DNA from: Alphaproteobacteria bacterium
Lineage (GTDB): Bacteria; Pseudomonadota; Alphaproteobacteria; UBA828
Reading direction: 5' to 3'
DNA: 64,000 nt
Assembly: GCA_965221125.1 (NCBI GenBank)
Contig: CBDCRW010000004.1
Location: 704,001 to 768,000 of the forward strand
The position numbers and the translations under genes are program-made. Each line of letters opens with the position of its first letter. Positions within the stretch are counted from its first letter, which is position 1. Under the pieces are notes generated by a model. That model did no database searches, was not told the DNA's origin, and saw nothing but the letters and a program-made list of their open reading frames with translations. This document shows, piece by piece, positions 59,300-64,000 of this stretch.

Positions 59300-59788
59300 T
59301 CGGCGATCGAGGACAAGCGGGGACAGGAGGGGCCGCATGTTGAATTCGGCCGATTGCCGCTCGAAGACAGCGCGCGCTATAGGCGAGACGCGGTGCTGCG
59401 GGAAATCAAGCAGGAGTAAGGGGTTGATGCTGGGGCACCCTGCCCGCTACCGGCGAGCTGACGAAACAAGCAGATACAGTACTTCAACGGCCTTCGAGCA
59501 ATACCAACCCACGCATTGCGTCGGCGGTGAGATTAGGGCTTGGAGCGTCGGCCATATTATTGTGTAACCATTGACCACATCAAACTTATGAGCGGAAAGG
59601 ACACAGAATTGCGTATCCGGGTCGAGCACAAACACCGAAAAGAGATTCCCGCGGTGCGTCGCGCGCACGGCAGGCCTGCCATCCTGGTCGTACGTGACTT
59701 CATGCAATCCCACATATCCGAGTACAGGAGGGCAAGCTCAAGCCGTCGGCTACCGGCGGCTTCGGTGAACGAAAATCTGTGAGGACGT

Positions 59789-61666
59789 ATGTCCATACCT
59801 GATGAGAAAATGAAAAATATCGAGCGCGTGACACGTCATAGCCCGAACATGCGGGACGAAATGTTGGCCCAGCTCTATGCCGTCGTTCCGGAGGCTTTCA
59901 CCGACGGCCAGCTTAATCTTGACACACTTGGTCAACTCGCAGGTGAAGTCGTATGCAGCGGCAGCGAAGGATTCTCATTTACGTGGTTCGGGAAACGAGA
60001 TGCGGTCGCTATGCTCCAGCTGCCGACGAGGGCAAGCTTAATTGCAGACAGGAGCGCCAGTGTTGATTTCGAAGAGGCATTTCACATCTTTATTGAGGGA
60101 GAAAACCTAGAAACACTAAAGACCTTGTATCGGGCTTATTTCGGCCGTGTGAAACTGATCTGTATTGATCCTCCTTATAACACCGGAAATGAATTTATCT
60201 ATTCTGACGATTTTTCTGATCCGCTGGAGCATTATTTTGAAGTTACAGGACAAAAGTCCTGTCGTGGTGAATATCTGACAACTCGAATCGAAAAGCATGG
60301 TCGCTTTCACTCAGCCTGGTTATCCATGATGTTTCCGAGGCTTGTCTTGGCTAGGCAACTATTGAGCGATGATGGAGTTATATGCATCAGCATCGCCGAT
60401 CATGAGTTGGCTAATTTGAAGCTTCTTATGAACGAAATTTTCGGTGAAGAAAATTTTATAGCACAGTTTGTTTGGAAAAGTAGAAAATTTCCTGACTCTC
60501 GCTCCACGACCCAAGTTTCCGTCGATCACGAGTATATATTAGCATACCGTCGTTCGTTTGGTGGCCAGTTTCGCGGAATCGAGCGTGATGAAAGCAAGTT
60601 TAGTAACCCGGACAACGATCCGCGTGGGCCGTGGATGAGCCGAAGCATGCTGGGACTTGCCACGGCGGAGCAGCGGCCCAATTTGCATTTTCCAATTGAA
60701 GATCCTGCGACCGGAGTTAGTTTCAACCCACCGGCCGCGCGAGGTTGGCGTTATTCAAAGTCTAGAATGAACAAACTTATCGAAGAAGGTTGCATTCTGT
60801 TCCCTGCGAACGCCGCCGGACGTCCCCGAGAGAAGAAGTTCATGAAGGATCTGCAAACGCAATTCATGGCAATACCGAGTATAATCGATGACGTCTTTAC
60901 ATCTGAAGGCACTGCGGAAATCAGGGAAATATTTGGTTTTCAGGCATTCGATTTTCCAAAACCCAAAGAACTTATCCGACGCCTCGTCGAACAAACCACT
61001 ACCGGGCAAGACCTTGTTTTGGATTTCTTCGCTGGCAGCTGTACTACTGCTCATGCCGTGATGGAACAAAACCGCAGGGACGGAGCACAACGCCGGTTCA
61101 TCTGTGTGCAGCTTCCAGAGCCGGTGGATCTTGGAAGCGAGGTCGCGCGTCGTGGATTTACGGACATAGCCAAGCTCGGCCTGCATCGTATCCGTACAGT
61201 CATGGAAAGATATTCCGTGTCTGATGCAGGCAGCCTGATGGCCGACAGCAAGGCCGATCGCAGCGAGGGTGTGCGTGTCTTCCGTCTCGTGGAGTCGAGT
61301 ATTCGAGCGTGGACTGGCGTGGAAACTAAGGATGCGGCGGCCTATGCGGACTTGCTTGAGGAGTTTGCCGATACGCTGGTGGACGGCTGGAAGCCCGAGA
61401 ATGTGATCTGGGAAGTTGCGTTGCGAGAGGGATTTGCGCTGTCATCTCAGATCGAGAAGTGTGATCTGGTCGAACAGACTGTCTACCGCGTGACGGACGC
61501 TGGACGTGAGCAGGGGTTTCACATTTGCCTAGACGACACGATCTCCGTCAAATCTATCCATCCCTTGGGATTGACGCGTCAAGACCTGTTCATCTGCAGG
61601 GACAAGGCGCTCGATGATACAGCCGCGGCAAACCTTGCACTGCAATGCCGACTGAGAGTGCTGTGA
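59789..61666 (+). CDS. mod: Type III R-M system methyltransferase (Mod)
   Basis: IEGENL, IDPPYNTG, HSAWLSMMFPRL, PKP, LDFFAGS. Confidence 0.93.
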   Translation: MSIPDEKMKNIERVTRHSPNMRDEMLAQLYAVVPEAFTDGQLNLDTLGQLAGEVVCSGSEGFSFTWFGKRDAVAMLQLPTRASLIADRSASVDFEEAFHIFIEGENLETLKTLYRAYFGRVKLICIDPPYNTGNEFIYSDDFSDPLEHYFEVTGQKSCRGEYLTTRIEKHGRFHSAWLSMMFPRLVLARQLLSDDGVICISIADHELANLKLLMNEIFGEENFIAQFVWKSRKFPDSRSTTQVSVDHEYILAYRRSFGGQFRGIERDESKFSNPDNDPRGPWMSRSMLGLATAEQRPNLHFPIEDPATGVSFNPPAARGWRYSKSRMNKLIEEGCILFPANAAGRPREKKFMKDLQTQFMAIPSIIDDVFTSEGTAEIREIFGFQAFDFPKPKELIRRLVEQTTTGQDLVLDFFAGSCTTAHAVMEQNRRDGAQRRFICVQLPEPVDLGSEVARRGFTDIAKLGLHRIRTVMERYSVSDAGSLMADSKADRSEGVRVFRLVESSIRAWTGVETKDAAAYADLLEEFADTLVDGWKPENVIWEVALREGFALSSQIEKCDLVEQTVYRVTDAGREQGFHICLDDTISVKSIHPLGLTRQDLFICRDKALDDTAAANLALQCRLRVL

Positions 61667-64000
61667 GGACTGCCCTGGAGTTCCGATTCGATCCGACCGA
61701 GGAAGTACAGGTCTCGGCGATTGAGGCGGCCTGCGGACTGCTCGACGGTCAGCCGCATGTGCCTGGTACGCTGGCTGTTCCCGAGGGAGCTCAATTTTCG
61801 GCTATCGTGAATCGACTTTCGCTTTCCAGGGAAGACCTGTTGAGAAACCTCCAAACGGTACAGGAGGAAGCGGATCTTCCGATTGACACTTCACTGGAGG
61901 TCATCGCCGGAACGATCGACACGTACGGCGGAACAAAGGATATCAGTTTCGAGAATTTCTCCATCGAAATGGAAACCGGAACGGGTAAGACATACGTTTA
62001 TCTGCGCACGGCGATGGAGTACTTTAAGCGTTTTGGGCTCCGCAAATTTATTGTCGTCGTTCCTTCCGTCGCGGTACGAGAAGGTGTCTTGAAAACACTT
62101 CAGGTAACGCGCGGCCACCTGAATGCTCTTTACGGCAATCCCCCATTTCATTTTTGCGCTTACGACTCTAGTAATCTGAGCCAGATACGGCAGTTTGCAT
62201 GGTCTGACGGCCTTGAACTTATGGTGATGACAATCGATGCGTTTGCTCGATCTGAAAACCTGATCCGGCAAGCCAACGACCGCCTTCAAGGGGAGCGCCC
62301 GCTACACCTCATTCAAGCTACTCGACCGGTACTGATTCTGGATGAACCGCAAAATATGGAAAGCGATAATCGCACTGCAGCACTGGCGAGCCTTAGCCCA
62401 ATGTTTGCTCTGCGTTACAGCGCAACCCATCGAACACCATACAACATCATCTATCGTCTCAGTCCCTTTGAGGCCTATCGGCAGGGACTAGTCAAAAGAA
62501 TTGAAATTGCGTCGGTGATCGAGGAAGACAATCAGAATCTACCATTTCTTCGACTCGATGAAGTCAGAATACAAAGCAAAAAGCCAGTTGCGCGCCTTGC
62601 GGTGCATAAATTGATGAAAAGTGGTTCGGTAAGGGAAACTGTTCTGACGATCAAAGGCGAGGACGATTTACGAAAAAAGGCCGGTCGTGTCGAATATCAA
62701 GGTTTTGTCGTCGAAGAGATAAATTTCGGTAGCCAATTCGTGCGGTTCACTAATAATGTCGAACTGAGCGCAGGCCAAACTAGTGGAGTAGAAAATGCAG
62801 AAATGTTTGAAGCACAGATTCGCTACACGATCGAAGAGCATATGCGTAAGCAGGATCGTTTGAAGGACCGGGGCATAAAGGTCTTATCTCTGTTCTTTGT
62901 CGACAAGGTTGAGAACTACGCGTCACAAGACGGCCTCGTCAGATTGCTGTTCGATCGGATATTCGATGAAGTCAAAGGACGGTACGCGGATTGGAAGGAG
63001 CGAAGGGGTGATGAAGTGCGCGCGGCATATTTTGCTACACGGGTAAGAAAGGGAGGGGCACCAGAATATTTCAATAGTACCGGAAGGACCCAAGCGGATG
63101 AGGAAGCATTTGCGCTAATCATGAAGGAAAAGGAGCGGCTTTTATCATTCGAAGAGCCCGTGGCTTTTGTTTTTTCGCACACAGCACTGAGAGAAGGGTG
63201 GGATAATCCAAATGTCTTTCAGATTTGCACCATGCGCGAAGTCGGTTCAGAGACTCAACGACGCCAACAGGTGGGACGCGGAGTGCGTCTTCCCGTGGAT
63301 CAGTCGGGCTACCGCATCCGCGATGAGAGGGTGAATGTGCTGACTGTTATTGCGAGCGAAACGTATGAACGCTTTGTAGCCGAGCTGCAGAACGAGGTCA
63401 GCAGTGAGTACATCTCGGGAGATGAACCGCCGAAACCGGCAGATGCGCGCAAGAAGAGGCGGTTGAAGCTCCGAAAGGCCCATTTGCTCAAGCCGGAATT
63501 CAGGGAACTGTGGGAGCGCATAAGGCAAAAGACACGCTACGCCGTGGCGATCGATGCCAGGAAGCTGGTCGACGACGTCATTCCCGATCTGGAAGCCCTG
63601 CACGTCCGCAAGCCGCGTATTACGATAGCCAAGGCGGAGGTTGTCGCGAACGATGAGGATACCTTCGAGGCGCTAACGCAGAGCGGCGCACGCACGGCCA
63701 TTGATCTTTCGGGACGGTATCCGCTACCCAACCTGATCGAGGTTATGGAAAACCTTATGGAGAATACCTCACCTCCTATGCGGGTAAGTCGAAATACATT
63801 AGTGGAGATATACCGGCGATCCGGGAAGCGGGAGTTGGCTCTGGACAATCCGCACGAGTTTGCAGCTGCCGCCGTAGGGTGCATCAAGAACAGGCTCGCA
63901 GATCAGCTGGTGGAGGGTATTCGTTACGAGAGAATCGACGAATGGTATGAAATGACCCAGTTCGTGTCCGAGATCGAAACGTGGTCCGATCATGTAGTGC
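61663..64000 (+). CDS. res: Type III R-M restriction subunit (Res), runs off the window
   Basis: GTG overlapping the mod stop; EMETGTGKTY, VPS, DEPQ, LRYSAT, ALREGWDNPN, QQVGRG.R; absent from the ORF track because it has no stop. Confidence 0.92.
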   Translation, partial: MRTALEFRFDPTEEVQVSAIEAACGLLDGQPHVPGTLAVPEGAQFSAIVNRLSLSREDLLRNLQTVQEEADLPIDTSLEVIAGTIDTYGGTKDISFENFSIEMETGTGKTYVYLRTAMEYFKRFGLRKFIVVVPSVAVREGVLKTLQVTRGHLNALYGNPPFHFCAYDSSNLSQIRQFAWSDGLELMVMTIDAFARSENLIRQANDRLQGERPLHLIQATRPVLILDEPQNMESDNRTAALASLSPMFALRYSATHRTPYNIIYRLSPFEAYRQGLVKRIEIASVIEEDNQNLPFLRLDEVRIQSKKPVARLAVHKLMKSGSVRETVLTIKGEDDLRKKAGRVEYQGFVVEEINFGSQFVRFTNNVELSAGQTSGVENAEMFEAQIRYTIEEHMRKQDRLKDRGIKVLSLFFVDKVENYASQDGLVRLLFDRIFDEVKGRYADWKERRGDEVRAAYFATRVRKGGAPEYFNSTGRTQADEEAFALIMKEKERLLSFEEPVAFVFSHTALREGWDNPNVFQICTMREVGSETQRRQQVGRGVRLPVDQSGYRIRDERVNVLTVIASETYERFVAELQNEVSSEYISGDEPPKPADARKKRRLKLRKAHLLKPEFRELWERIRQKTRYAVAIDARKLVDDVIPDLEALHVRKPRITIAKAEVVANDEDTFEALTQSGARTAIDLSGRYPLPNLIEVMENLMENTSPPMRVSRNTLVEIYRRSGKRELALDNPHEFAAAAVGCIKNRLADQLVEGIRYERIDEWYEMTQFVSEIETWSDHVV

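Overview
GC-rich accessory region, probably alphaproteobacterial judging by the tRNA-fMet fragment. It is a tandem array of at least four related genomic islands integrated at tRNA-fMet. Three identical 45-bp tRNA 3'-half att sites (415-459 minus, 23803-23847 plus, 54442-54486 plus) each lie beside a tyrosine integrase. Islands 1, 3 and 4 share a backbone of PAPS-reductase-like gene plus MoxR AAA gene, followed by VWA in island 1 and fused to ParB-like sequence in islands 3 and 4. Other contents: two inverted copies of a 4621-bp four-gene TGT...ACA transposon, an IS66 element carrying DUF4338, a transposase-less 1408-bp AbiEii cassette splitting yafQ, TA pairs, a HEPN protein, an orphan class III cyclase-like gene and a type III R-M system. 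Integrase arm-type repeats and a missing TSD indicate an inversion joining islands 1 and 2. The best candidate for an undescribed system is the eight-gene operon at 42712-53056: hypothetical, PIN nuclease, AAA ATPase, PP-loop/PAPS-reductase-like Fe-S protein, cysteine desulfurase, SAP-GHKL ATPase and two hypotheticals. It looks like a sulfur-modification defence system lacking the canonical Dnd/Ssp/BREX partners. Upstream of it is a transposon-inactivated Rad50-like ATPase plus PD-ExK nuclease operon. All family calls come from motifs read by eye; no searches were run.
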